From NCBI RefSeq assembly GCF_003334815.1, contig NZ_QOWO01000013.1: a stretch of 64,000 bases of DNA; one strand, given 5' to 3'. The notes under the pieces are model-generated. The model was not told where the DNA came from. It did no database searches and saw nothing but the letters and a program-made list of their open reading frames with translations. This document shows positions 30,121 to 39,510 of this stretch, piece by piece. Within the stretch, counting starts at the first letter, position 1, and every line of letters starts with the position of its first letter. The DNA comes from Escherichia coli (lineage in GTDB: Bacteria; Pseudomonadota; Gammaproteobacteria; Enterobacterales; Enterobacteriaceae). Made by a program: the position numbers and the translations under genes.

Positions 30121-31836
30121 ATGAATTCGTTACAAATCTTGAGTTTTGTCGGTTTTACGCTGCTGGTGGCGGTGATCACCTGGTGGAAGGTCCGCAAAAC
30201 AGATACCGGATCGCAACAAGGCTATTTTCTTGCCGGACGTTCACTAAAAGCGCCGGTTATTGCCGCTTCGTTAATGCTAACCAACCTTTCCACGGAACAA
30301 CTGGTCGGCCTTTCCGGGCAGGCCTACAAAAGCGGCATGTCGGTGATGGGCTGGGAAGTGACTTCAGCGGTGACGCTGATCTTCCTCGCGCTAATCTTTT
30401 TACCGCGCTATCTGAAGCGCGGCATTGCCACCATCCCCGATTTTCTGGAGGAACGTTATGATAAAACGACGCGTATTATCATCGACTTCTGCTTCCTAAT
30501 TGCCACCGGCGTCTGCTTTCTGCCGATTGTTCTCTACTCCGGCGCGTTGGCGCTCAACAGCCTGTTTCACGTCGGGGAATCGCTACAGATTTCTCACGGT
30601 GCGGCTATCTGGCTACTGGTAATTTTGCTTGGTCTGGCGGGAATTTTGTATGCGGTGATCGGCGGACTGCGCGCAATGGCAGTGGCGGACTCCATCAACG
30701 GTATTGGGCTGGTTATCGGCGGGTTGATGGTGCCGGTATTTGGCCTGATCGCGATGGGCAAGGGCAGCTTTATGCAGGGCATTGAGCAACTCACCACCGT
30801 TCACGCCGAGAAATTAAACTCAATCGGTGGCCCGACCGATCCCTTGCCGATTGGCGCGGCATTTACCGGTTTGATTCTGGTGAACACCTTTTACTGGTGT
30901 ACAAATCAGGGCATCGTGCAACGCACGCTGGCGTCAAAAAGCCTGGCGGAAGGGCAAAAGGGGGCGCTGTTAACGGCGGTGCTGAAAATGCTCGACCCGC
31001 TGGTACTGGTGCTGCCAGGGTTGATTGCGTTTCATCTGTATCAGGATTTACCGAAAGCCGACATGGCCTACCCGACGCTGGTCAATAACGTTCTGCCAGT
31101 GCCAATGGTGGGTTTCTTCGGCGCGGTGTTATTTGGTGCGGTGATCAGTACCTTCAACGGCTTTCTGAATAGCGCCAGTACGTTATTCAGTATGGGTATT
31201 TACCGTCGCATCATTAACCAGAATGCCGAGCCGCAGCAGCTGGTCACCGTCGGGCGCAAATTTGGTTTCTTTATCGCTATCGTTTCGGTGCTGGTCGCGC
31301 CGTGGATCGCCAACGCGCCGCAGGGGCTGTATAGCTGGATGAAACAGCTCAACGGCATTTACAACGTGCCGCTGGTTACCATCATCATTATGGGCTTTTT
31401 CTTCCCGCGCATCCCGGCGCTGGCGGCAAAAGTAGCGATGGGGATTGGCATAATCAGCTACATCACCATCAACTATCTGGTGAAGTTCGACTTCCATTTC
31501 CTCTATGTGCTGGCCTGTACGTTCTGCATCAACGTGGTCGTGATGCTGGTGATCGGTTTTATCAAACCGCGCGCCACGCCGTTCACCTTCAAAGATGCGT
31601 TTGCGGTGGACATGAAACCGTGGAAAAACGTCAAGATCGCGTCAATTGGCATCCTGTTCGCGATGATTGGCGTCTATGCCGGGCTGGCTGAATTCGGCGG
31701 CTACGGTACGCGCTGGTTAGCGATGATCAGTTATTTCATTGCCGCCGTAGTGATTGTCTACCTGATTTTTGACAGCTGGCGGCATCGTCACGACCCAGCC
31801 GTAACCTTTACTCCCGACGGGAAGGATAGCCTATGA
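30121..31836 (+). CDS. yidK: Sodium:solute symporter family transporter YidK
   Basis: 571-aa polytopic ORF MNSLQILSFVGFTLLVAVITWWKV... Confidence 0.85.
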   Translation: MNSLQILSFVGFTLLVAVITWWKVRKTDTGSQQGYFLAGRSLKAPVIAASLMLTNLSTEQLVGLSGQAYKSGMSVMGWEVTSAVTLIFLALIFLPRYLKRGIATIPDFLEERYDKTTRIIIDFCFLIATGVCFLPIVLYSGALALNSLFHVGESLQISHGAAIWLLVILLGLAGILYAVIGGLRAMAVADSINGIGLVIGGLMVPVFGLIAMGKGSFMQGIEQLTTVHAEKLNSIGGPTDPLPIGAAFTGLILVNTFYWCTNQGIVQRTLASKSLAEGQKGALLTAVLKMLDPLVLVLPGLIAFHLYQDLPKADMAYPTLVNNVLPVPMVGFFGAVLFGAVISTFNGFLNSASTLFSMGIYRRIINQNAEPQQLVTVGRKFGFFIAIVSVLVAPWIANAPQGLYSWMKQLNGIYNVPLVTIIIMGFFFPRIPALAAKVAMGIGIISYITINYLVKFDFHFLYVLACTFCINVVVMLVIGFIKPRATPFTFKDAFAVDMKPWKNVKIASIGILFAMIGVYAGLAEFGGYGTRWLAMISYFIAAVVIVYLIFDSWRHRHDPAVTFTPDGKDSL

Positions 31837-33326
31837 AACGCCCCAATTTTCTGTTCGTCATGACCGATACCCAGGCCACCAATATGGTCGGTTGCTATAG
31901 CGGTAAACCGCTGAATACGCAAAATATTGATAGTCTGGCGGCGGAAGGTATTCGCTTTAATTCCGCCTACACCTGTTCACCGGTTTGTACGCCTGCACGG
32001 GCCGGACTATTTACCGGTATCTACGCTAACCAGTCCGGCCCGTGGACCAACAACGTCGCGCCAGGCAAAAACATCTCCACTATGGGGCGCTACTTTAAGG
32101 ATGCCGGCTATCACACCTGTTACATCGGCAAATGGCATCTCGACGGTCATGACTATTTCGGCACTGGCGAGTGTCCGCCGGAGTGGGACGCTGATTACTG
32201 GTTCGATGGGGCGAACTATCTTAGCGAACTGACGGAAAAAGAGATTAGCCTGTGGCGCAATGGCCTAAACAGCGTCGAAGATTTACAGGCGAACCATATC
32301 GACGAAACCTTCACCTGGGCGCATCGTATCAGCAATCGGGCGGTGGATTTTCTGCAACAGCCTGCGCGCGCAGACGAGCCTTTCCTGATGGTGGTTTCGT
32401 ATGATGAGCCGCATCACCCGTTCACCTGTCCGGTGGAGTATTTAGAGAAATACGCTGATTTTTACTACGAGCTGGGCGAGAAAGCACAGGATGACCTGGC
32501 TAACAAACCGGAACATCACCGCTTATGGGCGCAGGCGATGCCATCGCCAGTCGGTGATGACGGGCTTTATCACCATCCGCTCTATTTTGCCTGTAATGAC
32601 TTTGTTGATGACCAAATCGGACGGGTCATCAATGCCTTAACGCCAGAGCAACGTGAAAATACGTGGGTTATTTATACCTCCGATCACGGCGAAATGATGG
32701 GCGCACATAAGCTGATCAGTAAAGGGGCGGCGATGTATGACGACATCACCCGCATTCCGCTGATCATCCGTTCGCCGCAAGGGGAGCGGCGACAGGTCGA
32801 TACGCCAGTCAGTCATATCGATTTACTGCCGACAATGATGGCGCTGGCAGATATTGAAAAACCAGAGATTCTGCCGGGGGAAAATATCCTTGCCGTGAAA
32901 GAGCCACGCGGCGTGATGGTGGAATTTAACCGCTACGAGATTGAGCATGACAGCTTTGGCGGTTTTATTCCGGTGCGTTGCTGGGTGACGGATGACTTTA
33001 AACTGGTACTCAACCTCTTCACCAGTGATGAACTTTACGATCGCCGTAATGACCCAAATGAAATGCATAACCTGATCGATGATATCCGTTTTGCAGACGT
33101 TCGCAGCAAAATGCATGACGCCTTATTGGATTACATGGACAAAATTCGCGATCCGTTCCGCAGTTACCAATGGAGTCTGCGTCCGTGGCGTAAAGATGCA
33201 CGGCCGCGCTGGATGGGGGCGTTTCGTCCACGTCCACAAGATGGCTATTCGCCAGTTGTACGCGACTATGACACCGGCCTACCGACACAAGGGGTGAAGG
33301 TGGAGGAGAAAAAACAGAAGTTCTGA
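31833..33326 (+). CDS. yidJ: Putative sulfatase YidJ (Cys-type)
   Basis: 497-aa ORF with the sulfatase signature C-T-P-A-R-A-G-L-F-T-G near the N-terminus. Confidence 0.85.
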   Translation: MKRPNFLFVMTDTQATNMVGCYSGKPLNTQNIDSLAAEGIRFNSAYTCSPVCTPARAGLFTGIYANQSGPWTNNVAPGKNISTMGRYFKDAGYHTCYIGKWHLDGHDYFGTGECPPEWDADYWFDGANYLSELTEKEISLWRNGLNSVEDLQANHIDETFTWAHRISNRAVDFLQQPARADEPFLMVVSYDEPHHPFTCPVEYLEKYADFYYELGEKAQDDLANKPEHHRLWAQAMPSPVGDDGLYHHPLYFACNDFVDDQIGRVINALTPEQRENTWVIYTSDHGEMMGAHKLISKGAAMYDDITRIPLIIRSPQGERRQVDTPVSHIDLLPTMMALADIEKPEILPGENILAVKEPRGVMVEFNRYEIEHDSFGGFIPVRCWVTDDFKLVLNLFTSDELYDRRNDPNEMHNLIDDIRFADVRSKMHDALLDYMDKIRDPFRSYQWSLRPWRKDARPRWMGAFRPRPQDGYSPVVRDYDTGLPTQGVKVEEKKQKF

Positions 33327-33372
33327 CGATAATGCCCGCTGATGATCACCCGGCGGGCATTATTCAGGCTGC

Positions 33373-33822
33373 TTAAACCAGTGAACCGCCGGTCAGGAAG
33401 GAAAAGATAAGGAATATCAGCAAAATGCTGCACACGATGCCGATACCAAAAAGCAAGGTATGGAAAGCCAGCGTCCCGCCGCCAAAAACCAGCGCGCCGC
33501 GAATGCCCCAGCGATTTTCCTTACGCATACCGCCAATAAATGCGCAAAGTAGCGCAGCAATGGCCAGTGCGATACCGCTTTGATTGAGGATTTTATCGAC
33601 ATCTACGTCCTCTTTTTTCTCCACGGTGGTAATTTTTTCGCCTTTTATTCCGGCGAGAAGACCTCTTTTAATTTCAGCCGTTTTGTCCGCCACGATGCTT
33701 TCAAACGTTGGCGGTGGTGCGGAGAAAGGGCCGAATGAAAAGTGGATAATCCCCATCATTAAAGCGATGGCACCGAACAGCATGCCCAATGAACTGATTT
33801 TATTTTGAGCTATGATACCCAT
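33373..33822 (-). CDS. yidI: Inner membrane protein YidI
   Basis: Hydrophobic ORF MGIIAQNKISSLGMLFGAIALMMGIIHF...; 149 aa. Confidence 0.75.
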   Translation of the reverse strand: MGIIAQNKISSLGMLFGAIALMMGIIHFSFGPFSAPPPTFESIVADKTAEIKRGLLAGIKGEKITTVEKKEDVDVDKILNQSGIALAIAALLCAFIGGMRKENRWGIRGALVFGGGTLAFHTLLFGIGIVCSILLIFLIFSFLTGGSLV

Positions 33823-33929
33823 CTGACCTCCTTGTAGCGGATGGCAAAAGCATATCAGGAAACGGGCGGACGAAATTCTTAAAAAAACCGCTAAAGGTAG
33901 AGCGTTAGTGAAATTGCAAAGGAGCAACA

Positions 33930-34277
33930 ATGAAAATTTCCCGCCTCGGAGAAGCGCCTGATTACCGCTTCTCGCTGGCTAATGAGCGTACTTTTCTGGC
34001 GTGGATCCGTACTGCACTAGGATTTCTGGCGGCGGGGGTTGGGCTTGATCAACTTGCGCCAGATTTCGCCACGCCCGTCATTCGCGAACTGCTGGCGTTG
34101 TTGTTGTGTCTGTTTTCCGGCGGGTTAGCGATGTATGGCTACTTGCGCTGGTTACGCAATGAAAAAGCGATGCGTCTGAAAGAGGACCTGCCCTACACCA
34201 ACAGCTTATTAATCATTAGCTTAATATTGATGGTCGTGGCGGTGATCGTTATGGGACTGGTGTTGTATGCCGGATAG
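33930..34277 (+). CDS. yidH: Inner membrane protein YidH (DUF202)
   Basis: 115-aa membrane ORF MKISRLGEAPDYRFSLANERTFLAWIRT... Confidence 0.8.
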   Translation: MKISRLGEAPDYRFSLANERTFLAWIRTALGFLAAGVGLDQLAPDFATPVIRELLALLLCLFSGGLAMYGYLRWLRNEKAMRLKEDLPYTNSLLIISLILMVVAVIVMGLVLYAG

Positions 34278-34629
34278 CCGCAAAGCCAGACGCATTGCCG
34301 ACCCAGGACTGCAGCCGGAGCGCACATCACTGGCGTGGTTTCGTACCATGCTGGGCTACGGCGCGTTGATGGCGTTGGCTATCAAACACAACTGGCACCA
34401 GGCGGGCATGTTATTCTGGATTTCGATTGGCATTCTCGCCATCGTGGCGCTGATCCTCTGGCACTACACCCGTAATCGCAATTTAATGGATGTCACGAAT
34501 AGCGATTTTTCCCAATTTCACGTAGTCCGTGACAAATTTTTGATCTCCCTCGCGGTGTTATCTCTCGCAATACTGTTTGCTGTAACGCATATACATCAAC
34601 TTATCGTATTTATTGAGAGAGTCGCATGA
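34267..34629 (+). CDS. yidG: Inner membrane protein YidG (DUF202)
   Basis: 120-aa ORF with the ERTSLAWFRT motif, paralogous to yidH; overlaps the yidH 3' end. Confidence 0.8.
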   Translation: MPDSRKARRIADPGLQPERTSLAWFRTMLGYGALMALAIKHNWHQAGMLFWISIGILAIVALILWHYTRNRNLMDVTNSDFSQFHVVRDKFLISLAVLSLAILFAVTHIHQLIVFIERVA

Positions 34630-35123
34630 CAGGAAGTCAGGTCATTGATGCTGAAGAGGACAGGCATAAACTGGTTGTAGAGTACAAGGATGCTCTGCAA
34701 CCTGCCGATTTTTATCACAATTTCAAACAGCGGGGCATCCGCTCCGTACAGCTCATTCCCTATCTTGAATTTGATGACCGGGGCGATCTGACGGCCGCTT
34801 CGGTGACAGCAGAGCTGTGGGGGAAATTTTTAATTGCCCTGTTCGAGTGTTGGGTGCGGGCAGATATCAGTCGTATCTCGATTGAGCTTTTTGACGCCAC
34901 CTTACAAAAATGGTGTGGCAGCGAAAACCCGCAACCGCGCTGTGACTGCCAGGCGTGCGACTGGCATCGCCTGTGCCCGCACGCTCGGCAGGAGACGCCA
35001 GACAGCGTGCTTTGTGCGGGCTATCAGGCGTTTTATTCTTACTCCGCACCGCATATGCGGGTGATGCGTGATCTGATAAAGCAGCATCGTTCTCCCATGG
35101 AGCTGATGACGATGCTGCGGTGA
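34626..35123 (+). CDS. yidF: YidF, SPASM-like Cys-rich protein resembling the C-terminal part of an anaerobic sulfatase-maturating enzyme
   Basis: 165-aa ORF with a cysteine cluster WCGSENPQPRCDCQACDWHRLCPHA...LCAGY and no radical-SAM CxxxCxxC N-terminal core. Confidence 0.75.
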   Translation: MTGSQVIDAEEDRHKLVVEYKDALQPADFYHNFKQRGIRSVQLIPYLEFDDRGDLTAASVTAELWGKFLIALFECWVRADISRISIELFDATLQKWCGSENPQPRCDCQACDWHRLCPHARQETPDSVLCAGYQAFYSYSAPHMRVMRDLIKQHRSPMELMTMLR

Positions 35124-35130
35124 CGTGCGC

Positions 35131-36315
35131 TTAAACGGGCTGCCCCTGATGCGACATCCGCGTCGCCAGCGGCAGCCAGCACAGCACGATCAACAATCCC
35201 ATTAAGGTCATCAACAACCCCAGGCTGCCCTGACCGGTTTGCGGCAACATCGCAGAGAGCGACGCCAGCACGCCGGAACCAATGTTTTGCAGACCGCCGA
35301 CCAGCGCGCCAGCCGTGCCCGCCAGGAAGGGGAACGGCTCCATCGCGCCGCTGGTCGCCAGCGGAAACAGCATCCCGGCACCGAAAAAGAACAGCGCGGC
35401 GGGAACGAGCAGCGTCCAGACATTCATCACGCCAAACCAGTCGGGGATCCACATCAGCAAGCCAGCCAGCAGGCAGCAGATAACCGACTGCCACATTAAC
35501 GTGGAGAAGCGTTTATTGGGACGTCCGGCAAACCATGCGCCAAAAAACGCTGCCGGAATCGGCAGAATAAACAAAATACTGACCGTCATACTGCTCAGCC
35601 CTAACACCGCGCCCATCAGCACGCCGGAGCAGGCTTCAAAGGCGGCAATCCCGGCCAGACCGCCAATCAGCATCAGCAAATAACAGTTAAAACCGCTGTT
35701 ACCGAAAAGCGTTTTATAACTGGTAAGCAGGCGCGTGCGCGGTGCATCGACCGGACGCGTTTCCGGCATCCAGCGGGCCATACTGAAGGTCACACCAGCA
35801 CAAAGAACCAACAAAAAGAGATAACAGGCGCGCCAGTTCCACATCGTATCCAGCAGACCGCCGATTAGCGGTGCGAGCAACGGACTGACGAGAATCCCCA
35901 TGTTTAACAGGCTGTTAGCATGGCGCAACTGTGTCCGTTCATATAAATCTCGCGGTAAAGTACGCGCCATTACGCCGCCAACGCCGGTGCCCATCCCCTG
36001 CATCGCGCTGGCGGCAATCAACACCGTCAAACTGGAGGTCGTGACCGCGACCAGCGTTGCCAGCATAAAAATGGACATTCCGACGAGGATCACCGGTCGG
36101 CGGCCCACGCGGTCGGAAATCGGGCCATAAAACAGCTGTGAGACACCGTAAGTCAGCAGATAAGCGCCCATTACGCTCTGCACCGCCCCTTCACGGACGT
36201 TGAGATCGCGCGCCATATCGGCAATAGCTGGAATATAAATGGCTTGCGCCATCTGACCGACGGCCACGAGTAATACCAACATCAATAACAAATTGACGTT
36301 TCTTTGCCTTTTCAT
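35131..36315 (-). CDS. emrD: Multidrug efflux MFS transporter EmrD
   Basis: ORF MKRQRNVNLLLMLVLLVAVGQMAQAIYIPAIADMARDLNVREGAVQSVMGAYLLTYG...; 394 aa. Confidence 0.9.
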   Translation of the reverse strand: MKRQRNVNLLLMLVLLVAVGQMAQAIYIPAIADMARDLNVREGAVQSVMGAYLLTYGVSQLFYGPISDRVGRRPVILVGMSIFMLATLVAVTTSSLTVLIAASAMQGMGTGVGGVMARTLPRDLYERTQLRHANSLLNMGILVSPLLAPLIGGLLDTMWNWRACYLFLLVLCAGVTFSMARWMPETRPVDAPRTRLLTSYKTLFGNSGFNCYLLMLIGGLAGIAAFEACSGVLMGAVLGLSSMTVSILFILPIPAAFFGAWFAGRPNKRFSTLMWQSVICCLLAGLLMWIPDWFGVMNVWTLLVPAALFFFGAGMLFPLATSGAMEPFPFLAGTAGALVGGLQNIGSGVLASLSAMLPQTGQGSLGLLMTLMGLLIVLCWLPLATRMSHQGQPV

Positions 36316-36489
36316 TATCACGGATGCTTTTATAAAAATAATTAGAATAAGTCACTACGCATTCCCATAAATGCGGGAGAGGAATCTATCACATTGATGA
36401 ATGTTAGCCAGATATACGCCAGGAATGGGGAATTGTTTAGCGGCAGAATATGTAAACAAAAGCGGCAATAAATGTTGCCGGGAGAGATG

Positions 36490-36528
36490 GTAGGGCGGAT
36501 AAGATGCGTCAGCATCGCATCCGACACC
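36490..36528. repeat. REP element
   Basis: GTAGGGCGGATAAGATGCGTCAGCATCGCATCCGACACC. Confidence 0.6.
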
Positions 36529-36540
36529 AACCCGCACGCT

Positions 36541-36572
36541 AAATATAAAAGGGGAGCGGTTTCCCGCTCCCC
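36541..36572 (-). terminator. Rho-independent terminator of the tisAB transcript
   Basis: GGGGAGCGG/CCGCTCCCC hairpin with a flanking A-rich run on the plus strand (a T/A-rich run on the minus strand), just 3' of tisB. Confidence 0.65.
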
Positions 36573-36594
36573 TTTGGTGCGACTTGAATCTGAA

Positions 36595-36684
36595 TTACTT
36601 CAGGTATTTCAGAACAGCATCAAGCAGTTGCAGTGCTGCAACAATGAGTTTGAGGATAAGAATGGCGATATCCACCAGGTTCAT
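36595..36684 (-). CDS. tisB: SOS-induced toxic membrane peptide TisB (type I toxin)
   Basis: Minus-strand ATGAACCTGGTGGATATCGCCATTCTTATCCTCAAACTCATTGTTGCAGCACTGCAACTGCTTGATGCTGTTCTGAAATACCTGAAGTAA = MNLVDIAILILKLIVAALQLLDAVLKYLK (29 aa); absent from the ORF track because it is under 60 aa. Confidence 0.9.
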   Translation of the reverse strand: MNLVDIAILILKLIVAALQLLDAVLKYLK

Positions 36685-36786
36685 ACGCGTCTCCTGTGGT
36701 TCAGGAGCACTGCCAGCTGACGTACCTTTCCGCTGCCTGTTGCCAGCTGTTGTGCACGCGGTATCTCAAGGAGAAACGTTGTGCTT

Positions 36787-36807
36787 GTTGACATAACACA
36801 GTGTGCT
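36787..36807 (-). promoter_or_regulatory. IstR-1 antisense target site in the tisAB 5' leader
   Basis: GTTGACATAACACAGTGTGCT lies about 100 nt upstream of the tisB start and matches 37045..37065 at 20 of 21 positions. Confidence 0.6.
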
Positions 36808-36920
36808 CACGCGGGGTTAAGGCGCTGACGGCACCACCCGTTTCAGCCAGGACTTAGTGCGCCGGGTAACGATGCGGCCCCCGCATAACACATTGCGTAC
36901 AGTGATATTATAGAAGTTTA

Positions 36921-36936
36921 CTGTATAAATAAACAG
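36921..36936. promoter_or_regulatory. LexA (SOS) box between divergent tisAB and istR-2
   Basis: CTGTATAAATAAACAG matches the CTG-N10-CAG LexA consensus. Confidence 0.8.
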
Positions 36937-36974
36937 TAATATTTGGACAAAACGCAAACTGTGATCGATACTCA

Positions 36975-37119
36975 ACTATGCACTAAATACGTCAAAATTC
37001 GTGCCGAAATTGCGCGTTCTGCGCGGAACACGTATACTTTCAGTGTTGACATAATACAGTGTGCTTTGCGGTTACCAGCCGCAGGCGACTGACGAAACCT
37101 CGCTCCGGCGGGGTTTTTT
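36975..37119 (+). ncRNA. istR: istR locus (IstR-2 with nested IstR-1 antitoxin sRNA); boundaries approximate
   Basis: Divergent from tisAB; contains the 21-nt block complementary to the tisAB leader at 37045..37065 and ends at a GC-rich segment followed by TTTTTT (about 37101..37119). Confidence 0.5.
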
Positions 37120-37248
37120 GTTATCTGCAATTCAGTACAAAACGTGATCAACCCCTCAATTTTCCCTTGCTGAAAAATTTTCCATTGTCTCCCCTGTAAA
37201 GCTGTGCTTGTATAAATATTGTTAAACACAAAACCAACAAGGTCCCCA

Positions 37249-37347
37249 ATGACTACTTCCATGCTCAACGCAAAACTACTACCAACTGCGCCATCCGCCG
37301 CAGTGGTCGTCGTGCGTGTGGTGGTGGTCGTCGGCAATGCGCCGTAG
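37249..37347 (+). CDS. ivbL: ilvB operon leader peptide (Val/Leu attenuation)
   Basis: ATG...TAG encoding MTTSMLNAKLLPTAPSAAVVVVRVVVVVGNAP (32 aa) with a run of Val codons, upstream of ilvB. Confidence 0.9.
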   Translation: MTTSMLNAKLLPTAPSAAVVVVRVVVVVGNAP

Positions 37348-37374
37348 GGACTGGAACAACACACGATTCCAAAA

Positions 37375-37405
37375 CCCCGCCGGCGCAAACCGGGCGGGGT
37401 TTTTC
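37375..37405 (+). terminator. ilvBN attenuator terminator
   Basis: CCCCGCCGGCGCAAACCGGGCGGGG hairpin followed by TTTTT, between ivbL and ilvB. Confidence 0.8.
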
Positions 37406-37452
37406 GTTTAAGCACCTCCCGGAAAGTCGGCCCAGAAGAAAAGGACTGGAGC

Positions 37453-39141
37453 ATGGCAAGTTCGGGCACAACATCGACGCGTAAGCGCTTTACCGGCGCA
37501 GAATTTATCGTTCATTTCCTGGAACAGCAGGGCATTAAGATTGTGACAGGCATTCCGGGCGGTTCTATCCTGCCTGTTTACGATGCCTTAAGCCAAAGCA
37601 CGCAAATCCGCCATATTCTGGCCCGTCATGAACAGGGCGCGGGCTTTATCGCTCAGGGAATGGCGCGCACCGACGGTAAACCGGCGGTCTGTATGGCCTG
37701 TAGCGGACCGGGTGCGACTAACCTGGTGACCGCCATTGCCGATGCGCGGCTGGACTCCATCCCGCTGATTTGCATCACTGGTCAGGTTCCCGCCTCGATG
37801 ATCGGCACCGACGCCTTCCAGGAAGTGGACACCTACGGCATCTCTATCCCCATCACCAAACACAACTATCTGGTCAGACATATCGAAGAACTCCCGCAGG
37901 TCATGAGCGATGCCTTCCGCATTGCGCAATCAGGCCGCCCAGGCCCGGTGTGGATAGACATTCCTAAGGATGTGCAAACGGCAGTTTTTGAGATTGAAAC
38001 ACAGCCCGCTATGGCAGAAAAAGCCGCCGCCCCCGCCTTTAGCGAAGAAAGCATTCGTGACGCAGCGGCGATGATTAACGCTGCCAAACGCCCGGTGCTT
38101 TATCTGGGCGGCGGTGTGATCAATGCGCCCGCACGGGTGCGTGAACTGGCGGAGAAAGCGCAACTGCCTACCACCATGACTTTAATGGCGCTGGGCATGT
38201 TGCCAAAAGCGCATCCGTTGTCGCTGGGTATGCTGGGGATGCACGGCGTGCGCAGCACCAACTATATTTTGCAGGAGGCGGATTTGTTGATAGTGCTCGG
38301 TGCGCGTTTTGATGACCGGGCGATTGGCAAAACCGAGCAGTTCTGTCCGAATGCCAAAATCATTCATGTCGATATCGACCGTGCAGAGCTGGGTAAAATC
38401 AAGCAGCCGCACGTGGCGATTCAGGCGGATGTTGATGACGTGCTGGCGCAGTTGATCCCGCTGGTGGAAGCGCAACCGCGTGCAGAGTGGCACCAGTTGG
38501 TAGCGGATTTGCAGCGTGAGTTTCCGTGTCCAATCCCGAAAGCGTGCGATCCGTTAAGCCATTACGGCCTGATCAACGCCGTTGCCGCCTGTGTCGATGA
38601 CAATGCAATTATCACCACCGACGTTGGTCAGCATCAGATGTGGACCGCGCAAGCTTATCCGCTCAATCGCCCACGCCAGTGGCTGACCTCCGGTGGGCTG
38701 GGCACGATGGGTTTTGGCCTGCCTGCGGCGATTGGCGCTGCGCTGGCGAACCCGGATCGCAAAGTGTTGTGTTTCTCCGGCGACGGCAGCCTGATGATGA
38801 ATATTCAGGAGATGGCGACCGCCAGTGAAAATCAGCTGGATGTCAAAATCATTCTGATGAACAACGAAGCGCTGGGGCTGGTGCATCAGCAACAGAGTCT
38901 GTTCTACGAGCAAGGCGTTTTTGCCGCCACCTATCCGGGCAAAATCAACTTTATGCAGATTGCCGCCGGATTCGGCCTCGAAACCTGTGATTTGAATAAC
39001 GAAGCCGATCCGCAGGCTTCATTGCAGGAAATCATCAATCGCCCTGGCCCGGCGCTGATCCATGTGCGCATTGATGCCGAAGAAAAAGTTTACCCGATGG
39101 TGCCGCCAGGTGCGGCGAATACTGAAATGGTGGGGGAATAA
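37453..39141 (+). CDS. ilvB: Acetolactate synthase I large subunit
   Basis: 562-aa thiamine-diphosphate enzyme ORF MASSGTTSTRKRFTGAEFIVHFLEQQGIKIVTGIPGG... Confidence 0.95.
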   Translation: MASSGTTSTRKRFTGAEFIVHFLEQQGIKIVTGIPGGSILPVYDALSQSTQIRHILARHEQGAGFIAQGMARTDGKPAVCMACSGPGATNLVTAIADARLDSIPLICITGQVPASMIGTDAFQEVDTYGISIPITKHNYLVRHIEELPQVMSDAFRIAQSGRPGPVWIDIPKDVQTAVFEIETQPAMAEKAAAPAFSEESIRDAAAMINAAKRPVLYLGGGVINAPARVRELAEKAQLPTTMTLMALGMLPKAHPLSLGMLGMHGVRSTNYILQEADLLIVLGARFDDRAIGKTEQFCPNAKIIHVDIDRAELGKIKQPHVAIQADVDDVLAQLIPLVEAQPRAEWHQLVADLQREFPCPIPKACDPLSHYGLINAVAACVDDNAIITTDVGQHQMWTAQAYPLNRPRQWLTSGGLGTMGFGLPAAIGAALANPDRKVLCFSGDGSLMMNIQEMATASENQLDVKIILMNNEALGLVHQQQSLFYEQGVFAATYPGKINFMQIAAGFGLETCDLNNEADPQASLQEIINRPGPALIHVRIDAEEKVYPMVPPGAANTEMVGE

Positions 39142-39144
39142 GCC

Positions 39145-39435
39145 ATGCAAAACACAACTCATGACAACGTAATTCTGGAGCTCACCGTTCGCAACCATCC
39201 GGGCGTAATGACCCACGTTTGTGGCCTTTTTGCCCGCCGCGCTTTTAACGTTGAAGGCATTCTTTGTCTGCCGATTCAGGACAGCGACAAAAGCCATATC
39301 TGGCTACTGGTCAATGACGACCAGCGTCTGGAGCAGATGATAAGCCAAATCGATAAGCTGGAAGATGTCGTGAAAGTGCAGCGTAATCAGTCCGATCCGA
39401 CGATGTTTAACAAGATCGCGGTGTTTTTTCAGTAA
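39145..39435 (+). CDS. ilvN: Acetolactate synthase I small (regulatory) subunit
   Basis: 96-aa [43 protein letters not shown]... (ACT domain). Confidence 0.95.
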
Positions 39436-39510
39436 CCGCTCAAGGCTTGAACAACATCGCGCTTATCGTTAAGGTAAGCGCGTATTTTTTTTACCCGCCA
39501 GGACAAGACC

